This document shows, piece by piece, positions 27,073-40,671 of a stretch of DNA of 64,000 nucleotides (positions within the stretch are counted from its first letter, which is position 1; every line of letters begins with the position of its first letter). A program made the position numbers and the translations under genes. This DNA is from Octopus vulgaris. Its lineage: Eukaryota. Location: NCBI GenBank assembly GCA_951406725.2, contig OX597819.1, positions 24,118,001-24,182,000 of the forward strand. Direction: 5' to 3'. Below the pieces are notes generated by a model. It saw only the letters and a program-made list of their open reading frames with translations. It was not told the origin of the DNA and searched no databases.

Positions 27073-27288
27073 CTCTTTTACTTGTTTCAGTCATTTGACT
27101 GCGGCCATGCTGAAGCACCGTCTTTAATCGGTCAACTCGACCCCGGAACTTATTCTTTTGGAAGCCTAGTACTTATTCTATCGGCCTCTTTTGCCGAACT
27201 CTTTTGCTATGTAACGGGGACATAAACACACCAGCATCGGTTGTCAAGCAATGGTAGGGGGACAAACACAGACACACAAACACACACA

Positions 27289-27343
<55 letters not shown>

Positions 27344-27499
27344 GACGGGCTTCTTTCAGCTTCCGTCTACCAAATCCACTCACAAGGCTTTGGTCAGCCC
27401 GAGGCTATAGTAGAAGACACTTGCCCAAGGTGCCACGCAGTGGACTGAACCCGGAACCATGTGGTTGGTAAACAAGCTACTTACCACACAGCCACACCT
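27073..27499 (-). mobile_element. SINE group 3
   Basis: Full-length copy with internal (TA)n. Confidence 0.85.
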
Positions 27500-27501
27500 G
27501 C

Positions 27502-27544
<43 letters not shown>

Positions 27545-27550
27545 TATATA

Positions 27551-27857
27551 CAAAGCCTTGTGAGTGGATTTGGTAAACGGAAACTGAAAGAAGCCCGTCG
27601 TATATATATATATATATATTTGCATGTATGTGTGTGTCTGTTGATGTGTTTGTGTTTGTCACCCCAACATCGCTTGACAACCGATAGTGGAGTGTTTTCG
27701 TCCCCGTAACTTAGCAGTTCGACAAAAGAGACCGATAGAATAAGTACTAGGCTTACAAAGAATAAGTCCTGGGGTCGATTTGCTCGACTAAAGGCGGTGC
27801 TCCAGCATGGCCACTGTCAAATAACTGAAACAAGTAAAAAAGTAAAAGAGTAAAAGA
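27551..27857 (+). mobile_element. SINE group 3, 5'-truncated, inverted relative to its neighbour
   Basis: caaagccttgtgagtggatttggta...ggcggtgctccagcatggcc...gtaaaagagtaaaaga. Confidence 0.85.
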
Positions 27858-27879
27858 ATATATGTATGTATATATATAT

Positions 27880-29139
27880 AGGTTTGGACAAAATAATGGA
27901 AACACCTAGGATCATAGCAGCATGGTTTTCAAATATCTATAAAACCGTCAAAAGTTTGTTTATTTTTATGTTTTTTGATATATTGTTAGTGTTGCTTAAT
28001 ATATTTTGCTAAAATTGTTTATTTTCAGATATAATCAGAAAAAGGTAATGAAAATTCATTAAAATGACAGATCTATCGGAGTTTCAAAGATGTCAAATTG
28101 TTGGTGCTGTATGGCAAGCGCTAGCATAAAGAAAACAGCTGAAATGTTTGGTGCGTCAACAAGTAATGTCTCGAAAGTAATAACAGCCTTTGAGAAAGAG
28201 GGTGAAACCTCCTCGTCGAAACAAAACTCCAGAAAAAAACCAAAACATTCAGATAGAGACCGTCGGACTCTTACTTCACTTGCTAGAAAGGATCACAAAA
28301 GTACAGCTCCCAAAATTACTGCAGAGCTTAATGACCACCTCGCGAACCCAGTTTCTACAAAAACTGTTCGCCGGGAGCTGCACAAAGCCGCATTTCACGG
28401 GAGGGCTGCAATCAGAAAAACCACTACTTTCAAAAGCAAACGTTGCAAAGCATTTAGAGTTGAGTAAAAACCTACAGAATTGGTCCCTAGAGCAGTGTAA
28501 GAATGTTATTTTCTCGGACGAGTCATCCTTTACCTTATTTCCGACCACCGGCCGAGTAAACGTGTGGAGACAGCCAAAAGCAGCATTTGAACTAGACTGC
28601 CTTCTTCCGATTGGAGGAGGATCTGTGATGATGGAGGGGTGGGGGCTATATCTTGGAAATCTGCCAGCCCAATGGTTTCCGTTCATTGCAGAATTAAAAG
28701 TCAACACTATTTAAGCATTTTATCGGATTAGATTTATCCTATGGTTGCGGAACTGTTTCCAGAAGGAAACGCAATCTTTTAGGATGATAATGCACCAATT
28801 CACACAGGTGAAATTGTTACTGAATGGCACGAGGAACATTCTAGTGAAGATGAACATCTTATCTGGCCACCACAGTCCCCAGATCTCAATATTATTAAAC
28901 ATTTATGGTGCATTTAAAAGAAAAGTAAGGAGTCGATATCTTCCACCATCATCACTACAAGAACTGGCGACAGTTTTAGCTGAAGAATGGGCAAAAATTC
29001 CTTTGGAAACAATTCAAAGTTTGTACAAATCCATACTTCGTACAATTCAAATTTTAATTACTGCCAAAGGCGGTCCTACTCCATATTAAAATAAATTTGT
29101 TTGAAATTTTAAGGTGTTTCCATTATCTTATCCAAACCC
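27880..29139 (+). mobile_element. Full-length Tc1-like DNA transposon
   Basis: ~28-bp TIRs ggtttggacaaaataatggaaacacct / aggtgtttccattatcttatccaaacc, flanked by TA repeats. Confidence 0.92.
28064..29089 (+). pseudogene. Tc1 (DD34E-type) transposase with frameshifts and stops
   Basis: MTDLSEFQRCQIVGA...VSTKTVRRELH...VIFSDESSF...GGGSVM...DDNAPIH...WPPQSPDLNII...AKGGPTPY, spread over three frames. Confidence 0.92.
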
Positions 29140-29152
29140 TATATATATATAG

Positions 29153-29530
29153 TGAAGGGCAGCAGACTTGTGGTCGTAGGATCGCGATTTCGATTCCCAG
29201 ACTGGGCGTTGTGAGTGTTTATTGAGCGAAAACACCTAAACTTCCACGAGGCTCCGGCAGTGGGGTGGTTGTCGAACCCTACTGCACTCCTTCACCACAA
29301 CTTTCTCGCACTCGTTCTCCCCGTTTCTGTTGCACTTGTATTTCAAAGGGCCAGCCTGCTTCCACTCTGTATTACGGTGAATCTCCCTGAGAACTACGTT
29401 AAGGGTATGCGAGTCTGTGGATTGCTCAGCCACTTGCACGTAACCGACAGATTATATATTTATATATATAATCTGTCGGTTACGACGACGAGGGTTCCAG
29501 TTGATCCGATCAACGGAACTAGTGAAATTA
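29153..29530 (+). mobile_element. SINE group 1 (head 1 + tail B) with inverted tail
   Basis: Matches the reverse complement of 35894-36282; the last ~60 bp is present in inverted orientation. Confidence 0.8.
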
Positions 29531-29560
29531 TATATATATACATGCATGTATATATTTCTG

Positions 29561-29630
<70 letters not shown>

Positions 29631-29790
29631 CGCGCGTGTGTGTGTGTATGTGTGTGTGTGACTGAGATTCAATTCAATTAGGTACAAAGTTACTAGCCGT
29701 GAGGAAACCAACACCATTTGTCAAGCAGTGCTGAGACAGACAGACACGCACACACGCGCATACACACACACACCACACATACACATACAC

Positions 29791-29849
<59 letters not shown>

Positions 29850-29923
29850 CACAAACACATGAAGTTGAAAGCAATCTCGTACTATCCGCACAGGATAATA
29901 AGCAACAGGATATCAAGTAGTGA

Positions 29924-30009
29924 TGCAGTACGACCGTTTGAAGCGGCTCCATTTAATTGAACAATGCAATCATTACATCAATTTAAATGCAGTGCCCTCT
30001 TCAGCTGCA
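29924..30009 (-). ncRNA. Hammerhead motif, second family (core G of GAAA mutated)
   Basis: Minus strand: tgcag CTGAAGA gggc...ccgctt CAAA CGGTCG TA ctgca. Confidence 0.6.
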
Positions 30010-30163
30010 GAAATAAGTGTGCTTCATGCAATTCTTGGAACTGTAGTCTATTCTTAGCTACAATAGCGACAACATGAATTTTTTCCATCTTCTTGGTCTG
30101 TTAAATATTTGAGGAAAATTATATTAATGTGTCCGACTGGTTAAAACTCTATTTATATATTTG

Positions 30164-30249
30164 TGCAACTGAAGATGGCATTGCATTTAAGTTGATGTAA
30201 TGATTGCATTGCTCAATTAAATGAAGTCGCTTGAAACGGTCGTACTGCA
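30164..30249 (+). ncRNA. Hammerhead motif, second family
   Basis: tgcaa CTGAAGA (30169-30175) ... GAAA (30233-30236) CGGTCG TA ctgca. Confidence 0.68.
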
Positions 30250-31703
30250 TCACTACTTGATAACCTATTGCTTATTTTGACACACACACACATATACATT
30301 GATACATACATACATACATAATACATACATACATAATACATACATACATACATATAGTATCTTGTTTTAGTGCTGGAGCACTGCCTTATAGGATTTTAGT
30401 CGATCAAATCGACACCTCTACTTATTTTTAGTCTGTTATTCTATCGTTCTCTTTTGCCCAGTCATAAAGTTACTAGTCGTGAGAAAACCAATACCAGTTG
30501 TCAAGCAGTGTGGAGAAAGACAGACAGACACACATAAGTATATATTTATATATATACATACACAAACATATGAAGTTGAAAATATCATTCCTTTGGCTAA
30601 AAAGCTTAATCTATTCTCGGGTCTAATATCTTCACCTGTCCTAGGGTGCCTACAGCGAAGTTCACATTACGCTCATGACTTTGGTTTTAAGATATTTCAT
30701 CCATGGTCTTGGAGGACTCTCCTTTCTGTAATTCAGCCATTAAAAGTAATCCTTTCTACTATAGACACAAATCAGGAAATCTTTTGAGGTGGGGCTAGTC
30801 GATTGCATCAACCTCAATATTCAATTGATACTTATTTTATTGACTCCGAAAGAATGAAAAACAAAGTCGACCCTGCAGCGTTTGAACTCTTGACGTAAAG
30901 CCGGGAGCAATGCTGCTAAGCATTAGCTGTATCGTGCGGTAACGATTCTGCCAGCGGTAACGATTCTGCCAGCTTCAAAGCCATTAAAGAATAACAGACA
31001 CATAGAAATATAAGGATCAACAGTAGTAGTTCATCAAGAACCAAAAGCAGAAGTTATATGAAGTTGAATATATACATTTTCAAACAAGCTTATTCTATGT
31101 GGCACCAGCAAATGGTCCGTTTCCAAGAGAAACAAATTGTTGTTCCTCGATTTTATTGGAACACCTGGTACGATGTTCTGACAAAATCCCTAATGTAAAT
31201 TGTTTATAAACTTCTGGCATTCTTCCAAAAACTTGTCTTGAAAATTCCATCGGTTTATCTTAGGTTCCTTTTACCTCAGCACTTTATCTAACACCAATTA
31301 ATTATTTTTGTTTTTCCTCTTTTTTTTTTTACCCCATAAATTTATTACCGTTTCGCTTCTTTCTCTTTCCCTTTCTAATACTTCTGTTCACCGGCGGTGG
31401 ACTGGCAAAATCGTTAGATACCATATTTGCGAGAATGCCCTGTGATATTTGTTCCGGCTCATTACGTTCTGAGTTCAAATCCCTCCCAGGCTAACTTTGC
31501 CTACAGAGTCGATAATAAAACCACTGGAATTGAAGTAATCGATTAATTCCTCTTCCTAAGTACATGAACTTGTACCTGACTTAAAAACCATTATACTTTT
31601 ATGCAAACGCTAAATTCTTTGGTTTTTTATTTTTAATCTTTATAATACAGCTCTTCTTCTCTAAGCATTCTTTCCTTCTTTCTTTCTTTCCTTCTTTCTT
31701 TAT

Positions 31704-31738
<35 letters not shown>

Positions 31739-31836
31739 AATTTACATATTGCGTAACCCCTGTTTTTATTCTGTTTATTTCTTGCTTGGCAGCTCTTTGA
31801 TTTAGTCCTTACACCTTACTTTACACAATTTTTTTC

Positions 31837-31888
<52 letters not shown>

Positions 31889-32121
31889 CCTCTCCCTATA
31901 TATGTATGTGTGTGTATGTACGCGCGGGTATATATATATATATATTCATATAAAAATACAGTGTGCATTTAAGCACATAAGAGATGGCCATAACAGGACA
32001 CCTGACTCGTTAGAAAGAGCAGTTAAACTACAAAGCACTATTAGGGGTAATTTCGAAAGGGAATGAAATTATATATGCGGCTTCTAATGTAAGCTCTCTC
32101 TCTTTCTCTCTCTCATTAATG

Positions 32122-32181
<60 letters not shown>

Positions 32182-32201
32182 AATATATATATATGTGTGT
32201 G

Positions 32202-32232
<31 letters not shown>

Positions 32233-32869
32233 ATATATATATATAATTAGAGGGGGAAATTATAGAGCTATATATATATATATATATGCACGTATGTATG
32301 TATGTATGTATGTATATATGTATCTATCTATCTATCTATCTGTCTATCATCTATCTAATTCTCTCTCTCATTCTCCCCCTTAACTTTTCAACGTATATCT
32401 TGAATTGCTATCCCACCCAGTTTATATAAGAAACACTGCACTGTGGTAGGGGAGTCATTTGCGTTATAGCGTTCAATTGTTCAATATAAATTTTGTAAGA
32501 CTGATATTCCCAACATAACCATAATGTTCCGTCATTATGCACTTGAAAGCAAGCCACTGTATATCGGGGAAGGGCATATATGCAGCTTCTAATATAAGCT
32601 CTCTCTCTCTCTGTGTCTCTCTCATTAATGCTATTTCAAGTACTGATTAAAACTACTGAAGTCTCCTCTGGTACAAGTTGGAAAATCAATAGCTCCTTTG
32701 GCCTTGAATAGATAAGTTTCACTGGAACGACAGATTTTTAACGGTTGCTGAAGGGAAATAAGTTTGGACAGTAAAAGATCTCATCTACAGATGTTTAGCT
32801 CAAGGACAACTATAATATAATGAAAAGGTATCCTTAATTCCATACAGTATGTATTGTGACAGGGATGGG

Positions 32870-33480
32870 TTATACTTGGGTTTTGTTTAGGGTTACAGTT
32901 TAGGGTTTAGTTTAGGGTTTAGGCTTGAGTTTGTGTTAATGTTTAGATTATGGCAAAGGTCTAAAGTAGTACTCTAGTTAAGACTAAGGTTAGGCTAAAG
33001 GCTAGATTTTTTAGTTAGTGATACGGCTTAAATTAGAGCTTTGGTTATGGTTAAATGAGTATTAGAGTTAAGATTATATTAGGGTGAGGGATAATACTGG
33101 TGATTAGGTTAAGCGTTAGCTGTAGTGTTAATATGTTTGAGGTTACTGTTAGGTGTGTTTAACGGTTAGGATTATGATTAAGTGTACTGTTATGTTTATA
33201 GTTGTTAGTATTAAGGTTAGGCTTAGAGGTCAGATTAACTTTATGGTTAGTGTTATGGTTAGTATTATAGTCAAGGCTAGAATTAAGCGCATTGGGGTTA
33301 AGATTCGGATAGCTGCTTTTTTTAAAGTTTAATTTTACGGTTAGTGTATGAGTTCAGGGGAGGGTTAAGATTCGAGTAACGGTTATGGACGCTTTTATAT
33401 TTTGAGGTCAGGTATTATGTTAGGGTTAGAGTTAGATTTAGAATCAAAGTTAGGGTTAGTGTTAAAATTAAGAGTAGCGC
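32870..33480 (+). repeat. Degenerate TTAGGG-like array
   Basis: Strand-biased run of ttaggg/ttaggc/ttagag/ttatgg/ttacgg hexamer variants. Confidence 0.7.
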
Positions 33481-34079
33481 TGAAATTTCTTTTGCCGCGG
33501 ACATCGACTGACAAACGTTTAGCCTGTGCATTGACAGCCTCAGTCTCACCAATCTGGCAAAGGTCATAAACACTTACCCTCGTTTTCGCCTAATTCGTTT
33601 AAAAAGTTGTCAAGAGGAACAATTGGCAGTAACTGAAACTAAGTATGCCACCACCATGAATTCTTTTTGTTTTGTGATCATTTACAAGCCAGGTCAAACA
33701 TAATGGTTTTATTTGAGAAGTTTCAAACAAAGAAATTTTCGAAAAAATATCCATGATTTTATTGTGGTTAAATCCCTGGTGGTATATAAGGTTGCCAAAT
33801 ATGTCAGGATCGTGATATTTTCTGCCACCATAATCAGTATTATGGTATAATGTTATACAATTAAATGGGCTAAGTAAAATTAAAAAAAGGAAAATGTACA
33901 AACAAAATGTATAAACACATACAAGTCGATAAGTATTATCCTCCCCTCTAACTCCTTATCTCACAGATTGTCTGTCTGTCTGTATGTATCTATGCATGTA
34001 TGTATGTATTTATGTATATGTGTGTGTTTATATATATATTTATGTATATATATATATGTGTATATATATATATATATGT

Positions 34080-34163
<84 letters not shown>

Positions 34164-34170
34164 ATGTATG

Positions 34171-34201
<31 letters not shown>

Positions 34202-34212
34202 ATGTATGTATT

Positions 34213-34313
<101 letters not shown>

Positions 34314-34344
34314 CTAAATAAGCAACAAGGATATCCAGGAGTAA

Positions 34345-34431
34345 TGCAGTTTGATCGTTTCATGCAACTCCATTTAATTGAACAATGCAACCATTACATC
34401 AATTTAAAATGCAGAGCAATCCTCAGTTGCA
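34345..34431 (-). ncRNA. Decayed hammerhead motif, second family
   Basis: Minus strand: tgcaa CTGAGGA ttgc...gttgcat GAAA CGATCA AA ctgca; homologous to 29924-30009; cleavage triplet mutated. Confidence 0.55.
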
Positions 34432-34886
34432 CAAAGACACAGAATTTAATTAACTTAAAACTTAAAATCTCCAAGAAGTTAAGGAGATAGACAAAGAACA
34501 TGCTGCCTTCACTTCAGCTTAGAAGCTACTAAGTTATCAGGAAGAGAGATTTGTTACAGATTTTGCTTGTCACTGTTTTTTATGGGGTCAGTTTAAATTT
34601 ATAGACTAGTTGTATATCTAATGCCGAGAGAACAAGGGGCAGCGTCTGTTAGGGGTAGGGCTGAGGGAGTAGATAAAAGAGGAGACAACCGATGAAGGAA
34701 TTGTTCTTTATGTTGCCTGTCTCGTTTCTCTATTTCTTTCGTTGTTCGAAAAAAAGTTCGTTTTCCACGTTTTTGTTTTTCTATGTTCTCGATTTTCATT
34801 TTGTTCACGTTTTTTGACGTCTTGTACCCATATATGCATGTATATATACATATATATGTATGTACATATGCATATATATTATTTAT

Positions 34887-34928
<42 letters not shown>

Positions 34929-34935
<7 letters not shown>

Positions 34936-35212
34936 ACCGACCAGACCATCAGATGTTGTTACACATCGCTGGTCACAATGCGTTCGCATTGTTTTAACCT
35001 TCGAATGACGCCACCCCGCTGGCTAAGCGAGCAGGCCAACATACGAAAGAGTGGTGAAAGAGTACAGCAGGGATCACTACCCCCTGCCGGAGCCTCGTGG
35101 AGCTTTTAGGTGTTTTCGCTCAATAAACACTCACAACGTCCGGTCTGGGAATCGAAACCGCGATCCTACGACCGTGAGTCCGCTGCCCTAACCACTAGGC
35201 CATTGCGCCTCC
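34929..35212 (-). mobile_element. SINE group 1 (head 1 + tail A)
   Basis: Reverse copy of 874-1138 with a complete tail. Confidence 0.88.
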
Positions 35213-35213
35213 A

Positions 35214-35333
<120 letters not shown>

Positions 35334-35893
35334 GTATATGTATATATCTATGTGTGTATGCATGTCAGCAATCACAACTTTAAAAATCTTTTAGAAATTA
35401 TCGAATCGAATCCTGAAGCTTCTTTCTTCTACCGAACAACAATAAACAGATATTGGTTGAAGGTTTTAGAGAATCTACGCTGCCTAATCTAATCCAGGCA
35501 TGACGTTCTCAAAATACACCTCCCTTTCTCCTCCCTCTGTCTCCTTTATAGTTATTTCTCACACACGTACGCGTACGCACATACACACGCACATGCACAC
35601 GCACTAATGAAAAGGAAAACTTTTTTAACCCATTGATTCAAACAGATTTTCAACAAGTTATTTCCAACACACTCTTTTTTGAATGAACAATTTCCTATGC
35701 CAATACGTATTTCCATCTTTTGAAACTTTATCCGTTTCGACATTTCATCTCTTACCGACCATATTTAACTCTTTATATATCTTACATATATTTCAACTTT
35801 ATTTACATCTTTGCTCAAATATTATACCATAACAACTGTTATGTTATACATGTATGTGAAAAATATGTAACTACATGCGTGTTCATATGCTTT

Positions 35894-36282
35894 TGTTGTT
35901 GGAAGCACTCCGTCGGTTACGACGATGAGGGTTCCGGTTGATCTGAATCAACGGAACAGCCTGCTCGTGAAATTAACGTGTAAGTGGCTGAGCACTCCAC
36001 AGACACGTGCACCCTTAACGTAGTTCTCGGGGATATTCAGCGTGACACAGAGAGTGACAAGGCCGGCCCCTTGAAATACAGGTACAACAGAAACAGGAAG
36101 TAAGAGTGAGAGAAAGTTGTGGTGAAAGAGCACAGCAGGGATCACCACCATCCCCTGCCGGAGCCTCGTGGAGCTTTAGGTGTTTTCGCTCAATAAACAC
36201 TCACAACGCCCGGTTTGGGAATCGAAACCGCGATCCTACGACCGCGAGTCCGCTGCCCTAACCACTGGGCCATTGCGCCGCC
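35894..36282 (-). mobile_element. SINE group 1 (head 1 + tail B)
   Basis: Head as at 874, tail as at 13380-13560; ends in (CAA)n. Confidence 0.88.
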
Positions 36283-36308
36283 ACTGTTCATATGCATACG
36301 TATATATA

Positions 36309-36533
36309 CAGGGTTGGTCAAAGTCACCCGACAGTAAACGAAAATTCCATAAATACTATCTGTAATTCTGTATTGATACGAATAAAAAAAATGCGTCGCT
36401 CTGGAAGGACTTCAGTTTGAACACGTTCCATGTTTCGTATTTAGTTACTTTCATTAAAATCATTCAGTTGTTAAACATAAATCTTGGAATTAAAAGTTTT
36501 AATATGCTGTCGTGTGACTTTTGACCAACCCTG
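36309..36533. mobile_element. Tc1/mariner-type MITE
   Basis: TIRs cagggttggtcaaagtcacccgacag / ctgtcgtgtgacttttgaccaaccctg; TA on the left flank. Confidence 0.8.
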
Positions 36534-37373
36534 TTTATGTGTGTGTATATATATATATATATATAATGAATGCCAAAACGAATTTCTATGTGTCAGTGTG
36601 TCACACTTTGACCCCCCCCCTCTCTCACTATTCAATGACACTTCTACTATTCCTCATGCTGGGGTGAGAGTAATAGTAGGCATAGAAACGGTGAGGGCGA
36701 TAGTAAATTGATGGTTTTGATGGTAATGGTGATGGAGGGGAGAGCGGCGAAGTCAAAGGTATTGATGGTGGTACGTCAGAAGTTTGAATGGTGTGTGTGA
36801 CAGCTGTGGTGGCGATGGGTGTGATGCTGGTGATGGTGATGGTTGAAAACAATTAACAGAAAGAGAGAGAGAGGGAGGGAGAGAGAAAGAAAGAGAGAGA
36901 GAAAGAAAGACGTTAGAAAAAATTGTACTGTTCTCCGAATGGGAAGACAGAAAATGTTGTTTATCATGCAACTTTGCAATAAGTTCCAAGTCAACAAATT
37001 ATATCATTGTTTTGATGAAAATTAATGAAAATTGTTCAAATATTGGTCAAGTTTAATAATATTTGATATGTACTCAATGCATGAAGTATCATTGATAGGC
37101 CCAAGGCCCAAATGAAGAGACCTCCACAGAAGCTAGCTTAAAAACCGCTCCATCGGCGCGGCTTTTAAACTAGTGTGTGTGTGTGTGTGTGTGCATAAAT
37201 GTAAACAAATAAATCTTTGGTTTTTTATTAGAAGCGGCGAAAATATGTATACTACGATACAAGTAAGATAATTTTTTTTCGAGGTCAGACTTTTTTGCTT
37301 ACACTCATATTCACATTGTTGTTTCATAAAGCTAAAGTATTCAGCCTATATATCCGACCATGAATTTGTCGGT

Positions 37374-37447
37374 GGGCAGTTTAGCTTAACGGTAAAGTAG
37401 TCAGCCGGAGTCTTTGAGAGATATAGGTTCGAGTCTCATGTTTGGTC
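37374..37447 (+). other. tRNA-like Pol III head (pseudo-tRNA or solo SINE head)
   Basis: A-box-like tagcttaacggtaaag and B-box-like ggttcgagtctc at tRNA spacing, but the cloverleaf stems pair poorly. Confidence 0.35.
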
Positions 37448-37452
37448 GAAAT

Positions 37453-37496
<44 letters not shown>

Positions 37497-37666
37497 GACG
37501 GGATTCTTTCAGTTTCTGTCTACTAAATCCACTCAGAAGGCTTTGGTCGGCTCGAGACTATAGTAGAAGACACTTGTCCAAGGTACCACGCAGTGGGACC
37601 CAACCCGGACCCATGTAGTTGGGAAGCAAGCGTCTTACCACGCAGCCATTTCTGCTTCTCTGTCTA

Positions 37667-37738
<72 letters not shown>

Positions 37739-38384
37739 TGCATACATACAACAAGCAATACTTAGATATATATACATGCACACACGTACGTGTGTGTGTG
37801 TGTGAGTGTGTGTGTGTATAAAGAAGTATGAAATTATGATGGCGGCGGAGTGAGAGAAGAGGGAATGGAGTACATAAATAGATTTAGAGAGATTAGTATG
37901 TGTGTTTGTGTGAGTGTGTGTGCGTGCGTGCGTGCGTACATGTGTGTGTGTGTGTGTATGCATGTATGTATGTGTGTGTGTAATAAGAGTGTAACCGTTT
38001 GCATTCCAATTCGCTGTTGCTATTTATGACGTGAACAAAATAGAAAACAGATGCCAAAAGAGTGTGTGTATGGTGGAGGCAGTCGGGTAGATGCAGTACT
38101 ATGGTGGATGGTGGAGGCAGTCGGGTAGATGCAGTACTATGGTGGATGGTTCAGCTTAGCTGTTCAACTCATAGTTTCTTATGTGCTTCGCTTCTGTGTT
38201 TCGATTGTTATTCTTCTAATGCTTATGTGTGTGTGTGTATGTCTTCGTATGTATGTGAATGCGTGCGTTTATAATGTGTGTGTGTGTGGAGGGGAGTTGT
38301 GTGCGTGTGTGTGTTAATGATTTTTATATGTGTGTATATCTGAGTATGTTTTTATAGTTTGTATGTGATTATGAGCGTTTAGGA

Positions 38385-38994
38385 TGTGTATGTTTGTATG
38401 TATGTATATATGTATGTATATATGTATATATGCATGTATGTATGTGTGTATGTATGTATGTATGCATGTATATATGTATGCATGTATGTGTGTATGTATG
38501 TATGTATGTGTGTGTGTATGTATGTATGTGTGTATGTATGTATGTATGTATGTATGTATGTATGTATGTATGTGTGTGTGTATGTATGTATGTGTGTGTA
38601 TGTATGTATGTATTTATGTATGTATGTATGTGTGTATGGATGTATGTATGTATGTATGTATGTATATGTTTGGATGTATGTATGTGTGTATGTATGTATG
38701 TATGTATGCATGCATGTATGTATGTATACTCACGTGTATGTTTCTTCATGCGTACGTGTCTGTGAATGCGTGTGTATACTTATATTGCTGATATGCACAC
38801 ATACATACGTACATACATACATACATACATACATACGTACATACATACATACATACATACATACATACATACATACATACATACATACGTATGTATGTGT
38901 GTGTCTATGTATATATGAGTTCATGTAGATAGAAATGTATGTGCAGGTGTGCGCGTAAATATAAGTGTGCGTTTCGGAGGATGTGCGCATACAT

Positions 38995-39033
<39 letters not shown>

Positions 39034-39056
39034 CGCGCGCGCACACACACACATAT

Positions 39057-39087
<31 letters not shown>

Positions 39088-39090
39088 TAT
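38385..39090. repeat. (TGTA)n / (TACA)n / (CA)n compound microsatellite
   Basis: Directly visible. Confidence 0.95.
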
Positions 39091-39499
39091 GGAGTGAGGA
39101 GGGGCAACTAGTTCTCAGGATCTACATTTGGCGGAGGTGGTAGCTATTTATGTAAGCAGTCAACACCGGATTAGTCGGTGGAGGTAAAGATGTTGCTTAT
39201 TGATAGGTACAGTGGCATTTCTCTTCTAGATATACATCTATCTTACCTGTAATATATCCCCCTTCTCGTCTTCACTCCCCACCACCTTTCCCTTCATCAG
39301 CATCCTCATCATCATCATCATCACGATCGGCATCATCATCATCGTCATTATTATTAAGCAAGACAGCAACACCAGCAATAATGGCGGCAGCTGCATCTCC
39401 GCTGCAATCGCCGGTGTTGCTCCGCCCACCCGCTTACTTTCTCTTCTCTTTCTCTCTACTACTACTACTACTACTACAACAACAACAACAACAACAAAA

Positions 39500-39530
<31 letters not shown>

Positions 39531-39586
39531 TAACCATAACAAAACTATCAGCGCCACTACTACTACTACTACTACTACTACCACCG

Positions 39587-39665
<79 letters not shown>

Positions 39666-39697
39666 ATACTAATACTACTACTACTACTATTACTACT

Positions 39698-39915
39698 ATT
39701 TGTACCTCTTTCGTCACTAATACTACTCTCACTACCACCACTACTACTACTTTAACACCGCCACCACCACCATTATTAATATTACCATTACAACTACTAC
39801 CACCACGATCACTACCATCTTTTCCAGCACCGATTACGCCACCATCACCACCGCCACAACTACTACTACTACTATTACTACTACCACTACCACCACCACC
39901 ACCACCACCACCACC

Positions 39916-39967
<52 letters not shown>

Positions 39968-40426
39968 TTATTTGTATCTCTTCCGTCACTAATACTACTC
40001 TCACTACCACTACTACAACTACTTTATCACCGCCACCACCACCAGCACCAGCACCACCACCACCACCACCACCATTATTAATATTACCATTACAGCTACT
40101 ACCACCAGGACCACTACCATCTTTTCCAGCACCGATTACGCCACCATCACCACCGCCACAACTGCTACTACTACTACTACTAAAACTACTACTACTACTA
40201 CCACCACCACCACCACCACCGCCACTACTACTAATACTACTACTACTATTTGTACCTCTTCCGTCACTAATACTACTCTCACTAGCACCACTACAACTAC
40301 TTTAACATCGCCACCACCACCAGCACCACCACCACCACCATTATTAATATTACCATTACAGCTACTACCACCACGACCACTACCATCTTTTCCAGCACCG
40401 ATTACGCCACCACCACCACCGCCATA

Positions 40427-40523
<97 letters not shown>

Positions 40524-40528
40524 TTACA

Positions 40529-40565
<37 letters not shown>

Positions 40566-40602
40566 TTCCAGCACCGATTACGCCACCATCACCACCGCCA
40601 CA

Positions 40603-40671
<69 letters not shown>

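Noticed and set aside
32072-32634. ~55-bp direct repeats flanking ~450 bp, as a possible LTR-like structure
   Set aside because: No TG...CA ends, PBS or TSD; half of the repeat is (CT)n, so a local duplication is more likely.
38069-38150. ~39-bp exact tandem duplication (similar small ones at ~15597 and ~30936)
   Set aside because: Ordinary slippage duplications with no further structure.
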